Virus record (IMG/VR): IMGVR_UViG_3300033174_000005
DNA: 48,550 bases
Strand: one strand, 5' to 3'
Source: a virus
Part shown: piece after piece, positions 26,888 to 36,789 of the stretch
How the letters are laid out: each line of letters begins with the position of its first letter
Numbering within the stretch: the first letter of the stretch is position 1
Program-made: the position numbers and the translations under genes
Notes under the pieces: model-generated
What the model was told of the DNA's origin: nothing
Database searches by the model: none
Seen by the model: the letters and a program-made list of their open reading frames with translations, nothing else

Positions 26888-29845
26888 TTAAAAAATTCCT
26901 TTAACCTCAGCATCAAGAATCCGTCTAACCTGTTTTCCGAAATCATTCATACCATACACTTTATCATGGAAATGAAGATGTATAGATCGATCTGCCTTCT
27001 CTCTACCTATCCTATTATTAGTGGATGGACCAGCAGGCGGAGGATTCCAACTACCAGTCAAACTATGATTAGCAATATCTCTATCTTTGCCACCAATACG
27101 GGCCCAAACATGAGGACTATCCATCCAAGTACCCATAATCATTTCAGCGGGAATACCAAAAGATTGTGCCAAAGCCAACTGTGCCAACGTACCATCAACA
27201 CAATTACCAGCCATCCTAGACAAAGTATCATTTATACTCTGCCCTATTCCACCATATCCTTCATATGTGAAATCACCCGGTCCATGAGCACCTATAATAC
27301 TCCTTGCAGTAGCATCAGCCGTAGTAGCACTTCTTTTAGTTGCCACACTAGACCTGGTAGTTCTAATAAGATTCCTAATATTTCTCAAACTACCACCCGG
27401 CCCTCTTATAAGGAGTTGACCTAAAGCAGCCGCTTTTAGTGCTGTGTATAATGAAGATAAATTTAAACTACCTTTTATTCCGCTTCTTATATCGCTTACC
27501 CCGGCATTTCTTACACTGCTAGCTATTGATGATAAATTAGTTGATCCTCTTATATGGCTGGTCAAAGCATTTCTTCCAGCTTTAGCTATATTACTACCGT
27601 GTGTGGTAAGATTCATGAACCCTTTAATACGACTCTTCAATAAATTAATACCTGCATTAGCAATAGCCGCACCAGTAGATGATAAATTAGCCTGCCCACT
27701 AATACCACTTTTAATAGTGCTTTGGAGTGCGGATATTCCCGCCTTTGCCATCCCAGTTAAATCAGCCCTACCAGTAGTTTGTACAGTAGAAACAGTCTCG
27801 GCACCAACACTTGTAGGAGTTAAACTCGTTGATTTACCACCACCAGTTAAATATTCTAATATAGATTTCGCAGGTTGTACCAGCCAACTTGACTCTAACA
27901 AATTCCAGCCTTGATCCTTTAATCGGCCAAATTCTAATCCTGCTACAGCTAAATTTTTAGCCCAAAGATCTTTTTGTGCATCCAGAGCAATTGTTCTTAT
28001 ATCTCCCTCATAAGCATACTGTTTCTCTCCCTTTGTTGGAGTAATACTCGTTCCACCTATCAATTTCGCCCCTAAAGAAGCCTCTCCCAATGCCTGTGTG
28101 GGTCCTGCCAACACATTAAAACTATACGTTCCTTTACTTGTTGTTATATCTTCTTCACTCAATACACTTTGCCATTCAGTATCCTTTAATATTTGTTCTG
28201 CTTCAGCTTGTTTTATTTGACCAGTAGCAACTTTATATCTGAGTAAAGCTTTCACATATCTATCACTAGCCTCAGCATTAGCATTCATAATTGCTGCATG
28301 TCTTTCGCTGGCATTATTATAATCGTTTTCTGTTCTTGTTGCCTCTGCTGTTGCTTTTGCTAATTTCCCTTTAGCTATTTTAAGTTTCTCCGCCGCATTA
28401 GCATATTCAGCAGTGCCTGGTGTGGCTTTAGCCAGTGCAGCGCTCCATTTATCAACTTCTTTCTGAGCTTCACTCTGAGCTTTCTTTGCATTATCAACAG
28501 CCGTTTTCCCACGGCTTAACGCACTATTTGCCCTTTCAACATTACTTTTAAACCAGCCATAATGTTCACCGGCCATGTAAACCGCAGCAGCAAGGGCAGT
28601 AACACCAAGAATAGCCCAAGTCCATGGATTAGTTAATAAACTAACGGTAACAGCCCTAGCAGCTGCCGCAAAACCCATCTGAGAAACCGTACCGGCCTCA
28701 ACACTTAAAATATAAGCAGCTAATTTTACAGTTACATATTTAATACTAGAACCAATAGTGGATAATGTATCCCAAAAAAATCCAAGAACAATTAAAGAAG
28801 AAGCAATTCCTATTCCTAAACCTGTAAACTCATTTCCCAACGCACTAATAAGACCCAAAAAACCAGAAGTAAGAGCAGTAAGGGCTGGAATCATCACCTC
28901 ACCAAGAGCCATAGCCGCAAGCTGTATTTTTTCTTTCAACATCTCCCATTGGTCTTGTAAAGATGTTACCTTGTTAGCGTAACCTTCAATTCCTCGGTCT
29001 TGATATACTTTCTGTAAAGCAGCAAAAAAACCATTAACATCTTTTGTACTGCCTTTCCATAAACCAGTATCTAAAAGGTCTTGCTTCTCAATGTTAAGCT
29101 CCCTCATACGCCTCCACTGATTAGACATAGCATCAGAAATCGCAAGAGACGCATCCTGAGCAGTACGACCTTCATTCTTAAATAGTGCAATTGTATCCCC
29201 AATAACAGGAGTCCATTTACTCATCTCTGCCCCTGTCATTTTAACTGACATACGCACCTTTTTCCATGCATTTGTCAATTCTGGCATTGATACCTTCGAC
29301 GCAGCAGCAGCATAATTATTAAGATTACCAACCAATGATTCTACTTCGCTGTTGGTCATTCCCATATATCGGAACATTGACTTGTTTTCTTCATTAGCCA
29401 TCGCCGCTCCAACAGTGTATTTACCAATTAGTCCTGCTGCTAATATACCAAACCAAACATTAAAACTTACAAATGTGTTCATAAGTTTACTTATACCAGT
29501 ACCAAAGCTTTTTACTGTTCCTCCGGCTTTTGTTATTGCTCCGCTGAATCCCCCTATTTTTGATGGTGATTGTCCAACCGCAGTGTTCATTGTGGTGAAA
29601 CTTCCCCTTGCTTCGGCGACTCTTTGGGATAGGGTCATGGTGGATTTGCCTGCTTTGGATGAAGAACTATCCAGCATCCTCATTACCCTTGTGGCTTTAC
29701 TGGTGGATGTGGCTAATCCTCCAATGTTTGCTTTGCCTGTTCTGTTGAGTGTTGATACGCTTGATACTGCTCTGTTAATTCCTGATGCAAATTTAGAAGT
29801 GTCTAAAATAAGCTCTGCTCGTATGACTCCGGCTTGATATACCAT
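26888..29845 (-). CDS. Tape measure protein
   Basis: I.AEL.LD.SKF.SGI start, Ala/Gly-rich helical, hydrophobic middle, 985 aa. Confidence 0.9.
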   Translation of the reverse strand: MVYQAGVIRAELILDTSKFASGINRAVSSVSTLNRTGKANIGGLATSTSKATRVMRMLDSSSSKAGKSTMTLSQRVAEARGSFTTMNTAVGQSPSKIGGFSGAITKAGGTVKSFGTGISKLMNTFVSFNVWFGILAAGLIGKYTVGAAMANEENKSMFRYMGMTNSEVESLVGNLNNYAAAASKVSMPELTNAWKKVRMSVKMTGAEMSKWTPVIGDTIALFKNEGRTAQDASLAISDAMSNQWRRMRELNIEKQDLLDTGLWKGSTKDVNGFFAALQKVYQDRGIEGYANKVTSLQDQWEMLKEKIQLAAMALGEVMIPALTALTSGFLGLISALGNEFTGLGIGIASSLIVLGFFWDTLSTIGSSIKYVTVKLAAYILSVEAGTVSQMGFAAAARAVTVSLLTNPWTWAILGVTALAAAVYMAGEHYGWFKSNVERANSALSRGKTAVDNAKKAQSEAQKEVDKWSAALAKATPGTAEYANAAEKLKIAKGKLAKATAEATRTENDYNNASERHAAIMNANAEASDRYVKALLRYKVATGQIKQAEAEQILKDTEWQSVLSEEDITTSKGTYSFNVLAGPTQALGEASLGAKLIGGTSITPTKGEKQYAYEGDIRTIALDAQKDLWAKNLAVAGLEFGRLKDQGWNLLESSWLVQPAKSILEYLTGGGKSTSLTPTSVGAETVSTVQTTGRADLTGMAKAGISALQSTIKSGISGQANLSSTGAAIANAGINLLKSRIKGFMNLTTHGSNIAKAGRNALTSHIRGSTNLSSIASSVRNAGVSDIRSGIKGSLNLSSLYTALKAAALGQLLIRGPGGSLRNIRNLIRTTRSSVATKRSATTADATARSIIGAHGPGDFTYEGYGGIGQSINDTLSRMAGNCVDGTLAQLALAQSFGIPAEMIMGTWMDSPHVWARIGGKDRDIANHSLTGSWNPPPAGPSTNNRIGREKADRSIHLHFHDKVYGMNDFGKQVRRILDAEVKGIF

Positions 29846-29930
29846 TGGTGTACCTCTGTGTCTCTGTTAATGTGTGAAAATATATAAAAATAGTAAAAGT
29901 TAAATAATATGATTAATAAAAAAATTATTC

Positions 29931-30095
29931 ATGAAAAAAGAAGATAAAATAAATGATGATGAATTAAAAAAAGCCCAAATGGAATTTTATAATAATCAAA
30001 AAAAGAAGGATGAAGCAAAAGAAAAAAATGCTGGTTGGATGGCGGTAGTTTTTATTATTATTGTAGTAATTTTAGCTTACATCTTTTTAGCCTAA
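29931..30095 (+). CDS. Antisense-oriented moron: 54-aa C-terminally anchored membrane protein (not in ORF track)
   Basis: MKKEDKINDDELKKAQMEFY...GWMAVVFIIIVVILAYIFLA; TATATAAAA at 29881. Confidence 0.7.
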   Translation: MKKEDKINDDELKKAQMEFYNNQKKKDEAKEKNAGWMAVVFIIIVVILAYIFLA

Positions 30096-30124
30096 AATTT
30101 GTTAAAAGAATCAAACTTTTTTTT

Positions 30125-30523
30125 TTACATTAGTTTTTGCATTGCGGCTGCAATTTCTCCTATCCAGATTTGTCCGTATTCGTCTACGCTGTCTCCAAGG
30201 TAGTTGCTTTGGCCTATTATGTGGCGAAATTCTTTGTGGGTTTCCTGTACTTCAGCATAGATATAATTGTTTCTGTCGTCTACTGGTGCGAACATAACCG
30301 CAGACGTGCTGGATAATGATAATTCTGTTTCATATGATTCTTTTAAAAGCCCACCATGTTCTGGGTGTGGTACTACTTGTACTGGTGCTTTTTCGCTAGC
30401 TAATCCTCCGAGTTTGGTGGCTCCCATCTCTAAAAGTGATATTTTTTCTGAATCCACCATTCCACGAAGTCCTTGCATTCTCTGTCGGAACTGTGATGTG
30501 TGCAATATCATTCCAGATGGCAT
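30125..30523 (-). CDS. HK97 gp10-like tail completion protein
   Basis: APV..V....GLLKESY...YIYAEVQE pattern; size and location. Confidence 0.6.
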   Translation of the reverse strand: MPSGMILHTSQFRQRMQGLRGMVDSEKISLLEMGATKLGGLASEKAPVQVVPHPEHGGLLKESYETELSLSSTSAVMFAPVDDRNNYIYAEVQETHKEFRHIIGQSNYLGDSVDEYGQIWIGEIAAAMQKLM

Positions 30524-30524
30524 T

Positions 30525-30773
30525 TTAATGTATTCCTAATTCTCTTTTCATTTGTTCAATGTTTTGTTTATGTGCTGGATCCTCTGTGTTCATCCGAGGT
30601 GTTGGTGGTTCTGGTTCCTTGTATAATTTTTCTTGTTCTTTCCAGTAATATTTGAGTAATATGGCAATTCTTTGATCATCTTCGGTTTCCACTGCCTCAA
30701 ATGAATTATAATTAAAGTGTTGTATTAAGATTTGATATTCCCATCCTTCTCCATATTCTGGTTCGGAAAATCC
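30525..30773 (-). CDS. -1 frame extension of the tail assembly chaperone (gpGT-like)
   Basis: 83-codon open -1 frame starting at the slippery G GAT TTT (30767..30773); no own start codon near the 5' end. Confidence 0.7.
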   Translation of the reverse strand, partial: GFSEPEYGEGWEYQILIQHFNYNSFEAVETEDDQRIAILLKYYWKEQEKLYKEPEPPTPRMNTEDPAHKQNIEQMKRELGIH

Positions 30774-31189
30774 TCTAATACTTCACCTGTTTTGATAAAA
30801 TGCAATGTTTTTTGGAACTGCTCTTCCACACCTGCTTTTTCCAGTTCGGTTATTTGTTTGTCATTATATCCTTGTCTTCTTAATTTTCTTTTTTCTATTA
30901 ATTCAAGGATGTATATTAAGTCGTCTTCTTCCACAATTTCCAATTCTTTTTTGGAAATGGGTGATATGAACTTTTTTATCATCTTCCTAATTTCTTCATC
31001 CATCTTTTCTAATTCTTTGATGGGGCTGGTTTCGGGGAGTGTGCTTGCTTTAGTTATTAATTCCCTTAATTCTCGTGTCATTATTTTATTTGTTCGTCCA
31101 AGCTTCTTTATCTCTCCGCTTCCGCTTGGAAATTCTATTTGGCTTTTGTATCTTAAATCTAATGCTTTTTCATCATTTATTTTTACCAT
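30725..31189 (-). CDS. Tail assembly chaperone (gpG-like)
   Basis: Lies between tail tube and tape measure; charged and helical; slippery site near the 3' end. Confidence 0.75.
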   Translation of the reverse strand: MVKINDEKALDLRYKSQIEFPSGSGEIKKLGRTNKIMTRELRELITKASTLPETSPIKELEKMDEEIRKMIKKFISPISKKELEIVEEDDLIYILELIEKRKLRRQGYNDKQITELEKAGVEEQFQKTLHFIKTGEVLEDFPNQNMEKDGNIKS

Positions 31190-31246
31190 AATTACTCACC
31201 ACTATAATAAAAAAAAAAAATAAGTATAAAAAAAAGGATTTAATAT

Positions 31247-32269
31247 TTATGCTATGCTTGTTAATTGGCTCTGCAATGTTGCGCTGATAGTTTTGTCAGT
31301 TACATCATCAAATAGTGCCCAGAAGCTCATATTTACTTTGGTCATGTCACCATCGTCTCTTTTGTATTCTCGGAAGTATACTTTAGGGAGGTAAAATATT
31401 AATTGATAGTCATATGTACTTGCGATGTTTGCGCCAGTGAATGTTAGTTTCACGTTTTCGTAGTATGGTGATGTTCCCATTTCTGTTGCGCTTGCGCCTC
31501 CAAGCCATTTTTTATAATCTGTTAAATCTTCAAATACGAAGGTTATGTTTCCGGATACGTCCATTTTTGTGTGTATCATTTCACCGGGGCTGGTGGATTG
31601 GTTGTTTACTTGTTGTGCCACTACACCTGTTTCTATATCTATCCCAAATTCTGTGATTCTTGCGTCTTCTACTAGGCTTGATGGTGTGGTTCCATATTCT
31701 TCTCTTTCAAATTTCATCTGGTTGAATGTGAATGGTAATGGATCGGTTGCGTAACTTTCTGTTTGGTCGGTTGTGTCAAGGTTTACACCATATCCTATGA
31801 AGTCAAGGTCTAATTTAGCTCCTTCTTTTTCCTTAGTACTGAAACTGAACTTGTTTAACATACACGATGCAAATTCTTCTGGGACGATTGTTGCATCGTC
31901 TGTGGTCATGTTTGCCATTATTGTGAATGTTGGTCGGCTGTCACTGTCCTCTGTGAATGTGTGGAGATATGCTGCGGTGGCTCCTTGTTGTGCACTGGAT
32001 TTAGATCCTAATGCGGCGTATAGTGCGTGTTCAAGTATCATTTCGGGGAATGCGTCTACTTTTATGTTGATGTTACTGTCGTTGTAGGGTCGGATTATGC
32101 TTCTTCGTGTGTTTAGGCTTCCTGTGTGTTCTATTGGGCTGTATTCTTCTGCGTTTTGTGTTGCGTCGAAGCTTTCGTATGGTACGTATATACTTGGGGT
32201 TACTGCGGTTCCACGTTCGGTTTCTATTCCTAATCCCATCCATCGGGGTGTTCCGGGGTATGCTGTCAT
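31247..32269 (-). CDS. Major tail tube protein
   Basis: GLGIETERGT start, YLHTFT, VSGNITFVF; size and position. Confidence 0.85.
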   Translation of the reverse strand: MTAYPGTPRWMGLGIETERGTAVTPSIYVPYESFDATQNAEEYSPIEHTGSLNTRRSIIRPYNDSNINIKVDAFPEMILEHALYAALGSKSSAQQGATAAYLHTFTEDSDSRPTFTIMANMTTDDATIVPEEFASCMLNKFSFSTKEKEGAKLDLDFIGYGVNLDTTDQTESYATDPLPFTFNQMKFEREEYGTTPSSLVEDARITEFGIDIETGVVAQQVNNQSTSPGEMIHTKMDVSGNITFVFEDLTDYKKWLGGASATEMGTSPYYENVKLTFTGANIASTYDYQLIFYLPKVYFREYKRDDGDMTKVNMSFWALFDDVTDKTISATLQSQLTSIA

Positions 32270-32270
32270 T

Positions 32271-32468
32271 TTATGATTCCTCCTTTATTGGTTCCTTGTT
32301 TTGTTTTGTTTGGGTGTTTTCTTGTATTTCATATAGTTTAGGGTTTTGTTTTGCCAGTTTTTTGGCGTATTGTTCTTCTACGGGTTTGGATTCTCCGGGT
32401 TGGAATATTCCTATTCCTTTTATGTTTGTCTTGGTAAATCCTTTAAATTTTAGTTTAACTGTTTTCAT
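32271..32468 (-). CDS. Small hypothetical virion-associated protein
   Basis: 65 aa, GAGGT RBS. Confidence 0.55.
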   Translation of the reverse strand: MKTVKLKFKGFTKTNIKGIGIFQPGESKPVEEQYAKKLAKQNPKLYEIQENTQTKQNKEPIKEES

Positions 32469-32508
32469 GCTATTCTACCTCAAAAAAAAGTGTTTATATA
32501 ATATTTTA

Positions 32509-33000
32509 TTAGCTTGAAAAGCGTTGTATTAATGCTTTAAAAATAAATGTTACTTCACAATATCCTAAAAATAATCCAATATCTCCTTCGGGTGTTTTAT
32601 CAATATGATACCTTATTTTTGTGCCTTTCCACTCGGTGTCCCATGTTATGTCGTTGCATGTGAAGTTGTCTGTGAATGTTCGTTCTATTGCACCAGCGAG
32701 TTGTAATCTTTGTCTTCCAACAGTTGCAGCATCTAAAACTTCCACATATCCCCTTATCACTGCTTTAATGCTTTTGTTCACGTGTCCTATTGGTTGTGTT
32801 TCGTGTGGGTCTATGTCTATTAATTCAACTGTGATTCCAGGGTATTGATTGTATGCAAATATTTGGGCATCATTGTCATATACACGGACTGTACTGTCCT
32901 GATTACTACATAAACTGATTATGTCTGTGTTGGCTTTTAGGAGTGATACGGCGTTGTCGAGTATATCATCATATTTTTCATATTCGGGGCTCATGGTCAT
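32509..33000 (-). CDS. Tail terminator-like protein
   Basis: Position before the tail tube; YPGITVE motif, alpha/beta pattern. Confidence 0.6.
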   Translation of the reverse strand: MTMSPEYEKYDDILDNAVSLLKANTDIISLCSNQDSTVRVYDNDAQIFAYNQYPGITVELIDIDPHETQPIGHVNKSIKAVIRGYVEVLDAATVGRQRLQLAGAIERTFTDNFTCNDITWDTEWKGTKIRYHIDKTPEGDIGLFLGYCEVTFIFKALIQRFSS

Positions 33001-33326
33001 AGGCGGTATCCTCCTACCATGAATTGTCTTTTCATTTCATCTACATCTTTTTCCAGTTGTTCAATGTCTGCTACAAGACCGCTTCGTTGATTAGCACTGT
33101 ATATTGTTTTCATACATTGTAATGCTCCGCATTTTGCGCTGAACTCTACAAATGTTAAGTTTGTGGTTATTGTAGAGTCAGTTAGGTCGTATTGTTTGCT
33201 GAATATTGGTTTGATGATGCTGTTGTCGCTGTTTTCAATATCCTTTAGGAGGTCTGCATCACTTCTAATGTTCGTGTCCACTTTAGGCATGTATTCTCTT
33301 GCTTGTGCTGCTGTGCTGTACGCCAT
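32997..33326 (-). CDS. Head-tail adaptor (gp6/gp36-like) 2
   Basis: MAYSTAAQARE start typical of helical adaptors. Confidence 0.55.
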   Translation of the reverse strand: MAYSTAAQAREYMPKVDTNIRSDADLLKDIENSDNSIIKPIFSKQYDLTDSTITTNLTFVEFSAKCGALQCMKTIYSANQRSGLVADIEQLEKDVDEMKRQFMVGGYRL

Positions 33327-33330
33327 AGTT

Positions 33331-33942
33331 TCAGCCTCCTATTCCGCCGTAGAATGTTTTGCGGGGTAATTTCTCAACACGTGATTGGATGTCATATACA
33401 ACATCTCTCATCCTGTCTGATTTATCGATACGGTTATATACTTCTCCTTTGGGGTCTTGTATGATTGTTTGGAGGTTTGGTGGTGTTTCTCGTTCCATCC
33501 ACATTGATAGTATTACTATGTCTTCGCATAGTCGTTTGGCTCTTTTGTCGGTTGTTGTGTACCCTGCCTTGTATTCTATAACAATATTATTGTAGCTACT
33601 GGAGGGTAGTTCGGTTTCAAAGCCGAGTAATCCGCTTTCACTATTTAATATGTAGTAGTCAGTGTTTTCGGTTTGTTCTGTGCCGTTTATTGTGACTGAT
33701 GTTATGTCGGTTATAGGGTATTGGTTTAGTTGGAGTTTGTATCCTCCTCCTTGTTCATATCCGCTATATGTGTCTGTTATTGTTTGTTCGTCAAATATGC
33801 GTCCTGTGTATTCTTCTATGTCTTTTTGTGCTTCTGTGATTATTTCTCCGATTATTGTGTCTGTCCATCGTGTTGTGTAGTCAAAGTTTAGGTATCGGCG
33901 TTTGGCTGTGGCTTTCACATCACTTATTGTGGTTAGTGCCAT
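33331..33942 (-). CDS. Head-tail adaptor (gp6-like) 1 with inserted Ig-like domain
   Basis: LTTISDVK...AQKDIEEYTGRIF...L.QYPI..ITSV...Y.AGY. Confidence 0.75.
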   Translation of the reverse strand: MALTTISDVKATAKRRYLNFDYTTRWTDTIIGEIITEAQKDIEEYTGRIFDEQTITDTYSGYEQGGGYKLQLNQYPITDITSVTINGTEQTENTDYYILNSESGLLGFETELPSSSYNNIVIEYKAGYTTTDKRAKRLCEDIVILSMWMERETPPNLQTIIQDPKGEVYNRIDKSDRMRDVVYDIQSRVEKLPRKTFYGGIGG

Positions 33943-34035
33943 CTTGTAATACCTCCATTTTAAAAAATAATCATTTGTTTTAGTGTTTTTAAATAAAAAA
34001 ATAAAAAAATAGTTTGTTTTGGTTAGTAATGGGGG

Positions 34036-34065
34036 ATTTTCGTTAAACCACGGTTTAACGAAGTT
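34036..34065. promoter_or_regulatory. lox/dif-like palindrome, copy 2
   Basis: ATTTTCGTTAAA-CCACGG-TTTAACGAAGTT. Confidence 0.75.
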
Positions 34066-34073
34066 GTGTTTTT

Positions 34074-34532
34074 TTAGGGTTTGTATGGTGTGGTGTATCG
34101 TGATTTGAATCCCAAGCTTTCTAGTTTGGTGTAGTAGCGTTCCGGTTCCATGTTATAGATTGGGGGTGTGATTGTGGGGTCGTATATCCGGTTATTCCAC
34201 ATGGCTGTGGCGTGGCTGTATTCCCCGCTTTCATGAGATAAGACTACTAATGCGAGGTTTCTTTCACCCTTACCATATAGGTAGTCTAGGAATGCTACGG
34301 CTTTGTCGTCGCAGTCGCCGTAGTTATCATGCCAGAATTGCTGTGGTGTTTTAGGCTGATTACTGTCATAGTTGGCTTTGTAAGGTACATTTGCTATTTT
34401 ATAGAAGTAATCTTTAACCTCTGGGTTGTCTGGGTTTAATTGTGTTTGTAATGGTGCGTCCACCGTGTTTAAAGTTAATGAGGGGGTTGTTAAGCCTATA
34501 ACCAGTATGGTTAAAAGCCAAAACCTCATCAT
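34074..34532 (-). CDS. Secreted transglutaminase-like cysteine peptidase
   Basis: Signal peptide; GDCDDKA, SHA..W and YDP giving a Cys-His-Asp triad. Confidence 0.8.
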   Translation of the reverse strand: MMRFWLLTILVIGLTTPSLTLNTVDAPLQTQLNPDNPEVKDYFYKIANVPYKANYDSNQPKTPQQFWHDNYGDCDDKAVAFLDYLYGKGERNLALVVLSHESGEYSHATAMWNNRIYDPTITPPIYNMEPERYYTKLESLGFKSRYTTPYKP

Positions 34533-34542
34533 ATATCACATT

Positions 34543-35040
34543 TTAGGGTATAACACGACGTAGGGCTAAAGCATCCCAATAACAAGTATGAGCATTTGTT
34601 CCATTTACTAAAACATAAAATAAAGCAGTTGAAGTTGTTGCCCTAAAATTTCCACCTATAAATTGCCACCCCCCAGTGGCTGTGAAAGATTGAAGACTTG
34701 TTAAATTTGTACCATCAAACCATCTCAACATATATGCTATTCCATTTGTTCCTTTGAAATATGAGGAAAAATTATAATCATATCCTTGTACCACCGTCCC
34801 GGTGTTTGTTCTAAAACCATGATTTCCCTTATCGTTTCCAAATACTCCTTTTAATGATTTGGTGCCATTATAAGCTTCATCTGTACTACTGCTTATTGCT
34901 GATTCTCCGGAAAGATATACTGCAAATCCGGTGGTGTTGCCCCCGGTGTCGGTTCCACTTGCCTGATTCGCAGTGAGTAGGTTATGACTAACCCTGTTAC
35001 GCCGTGCCACAGCACCCGGCATTCCAATTAATAAATTCAT
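34543..35040 (-). CDS. Carbohydrate-binding-module-like (galactose-binding fold) virion protein
   Basis: NLL...S.TD.AY.GTKSLK...W DAL pattern. Confidence 0.6.
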   Translation of the reverse strand: MNLLIGMPGAVARRNRVSHNLLTANQASGTDTGGNTTGFAVYLSGESAISSSTDEAYNGTKSLKGVFGNDKGNHGFRTNTGTVVQGYDYNFSSYFKGTNGIAYMLRWFDGTNLTSLQSFTATGGWQFIGGNFRATTSTALFYVLVNGTNAHTCYWDALALRRVIP

Positions 35041-35057
35041 AAAACAAGCACCCCCCT

Positions 35058-35537
35058 TTAGACATTATACATGTAGGTTACGCCTTCACCATTCACTGAT
35101 GCATCAATCCAAACCTTATTAAGATTATCCACATAAACGGGGTAAGCATCACCCGCCTCTAATATAATACCATTCATATTAGCAGCCGCCGATGCACGAA
35201 CCGCATTACTACTTCCAATCGCAATCGACCCTACATTACCAGGTAATGCTTGAATAGTAACACTCTTAATAGGCGTACTTGTGGCGGTTATCTGTTCTGG
35301 TGTATTAGCCGTGGTAATAGTCTTACGGCCACTTGTAATGCTCCCGGCGGGTGCAACCAAACCCAGGGCGGTGATGATATCATCCTGCTTACCCTCTGTT
35401 GCGGGGTTAACCTCAGTATTTGTACTATCCACCGGAACACTGGGCAAACCATACCTACCAGTAGTACCAATCTGAACCAACTCAATCCTCCGACGCTTAC
35501 CACCACTATCAAATCCCTCAATCGTAATTCCACTCAT
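35058..35537 (-). CDS. Head decoration / fibre-like protein
   Basis: Position after capsid; IQALPGNVGSI.IG...G..LEAG..Y. Confidence 0.55.
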   Translation of the reverse strand: MSGITIEGFDSGGKRRRIELVQIGTTGRYGLPSVPVDSTNTEVNPATEGKQDDIITALGLVAPAGSITSGRKTITTANTPEQITATSTPIKSVTIQALPGNVGSIAIGSSNAVRASAAANMNGIILEAGDAYPVYVDNLNKVWIDASVNGEGVTYMYNV

Positions 35538-35589
35538 AAAATATCACCTCAAAAAAATAATAATAAAATGGAAAAAAATAGAGTAAAAA

Positions 35590-36522
35590 TTAGGTAGCAT
35601 CCGTTAAAGCAGCACCATACTTATAGGCACCTTCAATCATATAAACTTCGTAAAGTTTATTACTATCATTTGTATCCTTAGCAATGCCCATATAGCGTGC
35701 ATCAGTAGCAGCACCTTCAGCAACACCAAAAGCACTTGCAAGGGTAGAAGCACCTATACCAGCAACGGAAACATAAGGTACTTTCACAGCACCGGCACCG
35801 TAATCACCAGAAACATCTATACCATAATGTACAGCACCAGAACCTCCTTGAACCCTTAATCCAGTTCCCTCTGTAATGGTTCCGGATGATTCTTCCTCAA
35901 GAAGAATATCCACACCTATTGCCTTGGAAACCTCCGCCGATGCACCAGAAACATTAACTTTACTGTAAATACCATGTGCCTCAGCACTGGCTCCCATGTT
36001 TCCTTCAACAGTGGCTTTTGCTTCAACAGCCCTTACTATCCCTGAAGGTGTTGAATCACTTGCTACTTTCACATTAGCAAATAATGCATCAAAATAGCCC
36101 CCATCATTATCAACAGGAGCATAACACACTTTCATACCACGTTCATTACCACTGGTTGTGGCTACGGGTATATACATGGATGAATCTGCATTATTACGTG
36201 TAGTTAAAAATCCCCCTATTTTAGTGGAATCCGTGTCACCATTACCTATTTGTGGAACATCTAATTTTCCACTAATATCAACAACACCATCAGTACCATT
36301 ACCAATAGTTTCACCATTCTCCAATCTCATGGATTTACTGGTAATGGTTTTACCATTCATATCAATACCATAATCAGCGCTGGATGTGTCTAATTCAATT
36401 TTACCTACATCAATTGTTCCTTCTTCCATATCTTGTAAAAAGTCACCCAATTTAAATCCCGGGATGACGTTGTTAAGAATAAATTTTAATTTATCTGTTA
36501 TACTTGTTGCCAAATTAAACAA
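35590..36522 (-). CDS. Head fibre / decoration protein
   Basis: G/A/S/T-rich with beta-helix-like repeats; downstream of capsid. Confidence 0.55.
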   Translation of the reverse strand: MFNLATSITDKLKFILNNVIPGFKLGDFLQDMEEGTIDVGKIELDTSSADYGIDMNGKTITSKSMRLENGETIGNGTDGVVDISGKLDVPQIGNGDTDSTKIGGFLTTRNNADSSMYIPVATTSGNERGMKVCYAPVDNDGGYFDALFANVKVASDSTPSGIVRAVEAKATVEGNMGASAEAHGIYSKVNVSGASAEVSKAIGVDILLEEESSGTITEGTGLRVQGGSGAVHYGIDVSGDYGAGAVKVPYVSVAGIGASTLASAFGVAEGAATDARYMGIAKDTNDSNKLYEVYMIEGAYKYGAALTDAT

Positions 36523-36532
36523 CCCCTAATTA

Positions 36533-36715
36533 TTATCTTTTCTTTTTAATTGAGAAACCGGCTTTTTTACCAATTTCCCTATATTTTTTTATTTCTTCTT
36601 CTGAAATGTCTGCCTCTCCTCTAAATTTGCCTTTAACTTCTTCCAGTTGCACGGCAATGTTTGGCAGAACAATATAATGGCATCTTTCTTTTGCCTCAAA
36701 TTCAACTTTAACCAT
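36533..36715 (-). CDS. Small hypothetical protein
   Basis: GGAGG RBS, in head operon. Confidence 0.55.
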   Translation of the reverse strand: MVKVEFEAKERCHYIVLPNIAVQLEEVKGKFRGEADISEEEIKKYREIGKKAGFSIKKKR

Positions 36716-36789
36716 AAAAAATAAACCTCCATCATCATGTAATAATGGAAAATAGGGAAAAGAGTTAAAATTTTCCCTTTTAAAAAGTT

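Noticed and set aside
26810-29837. Plus-strand ORFs antisense to the tape measure gene
   Set aside because: Shadows of a strong gene with no motifs; the same applies to most other plus-strand ORFs between 1600 and 44300.
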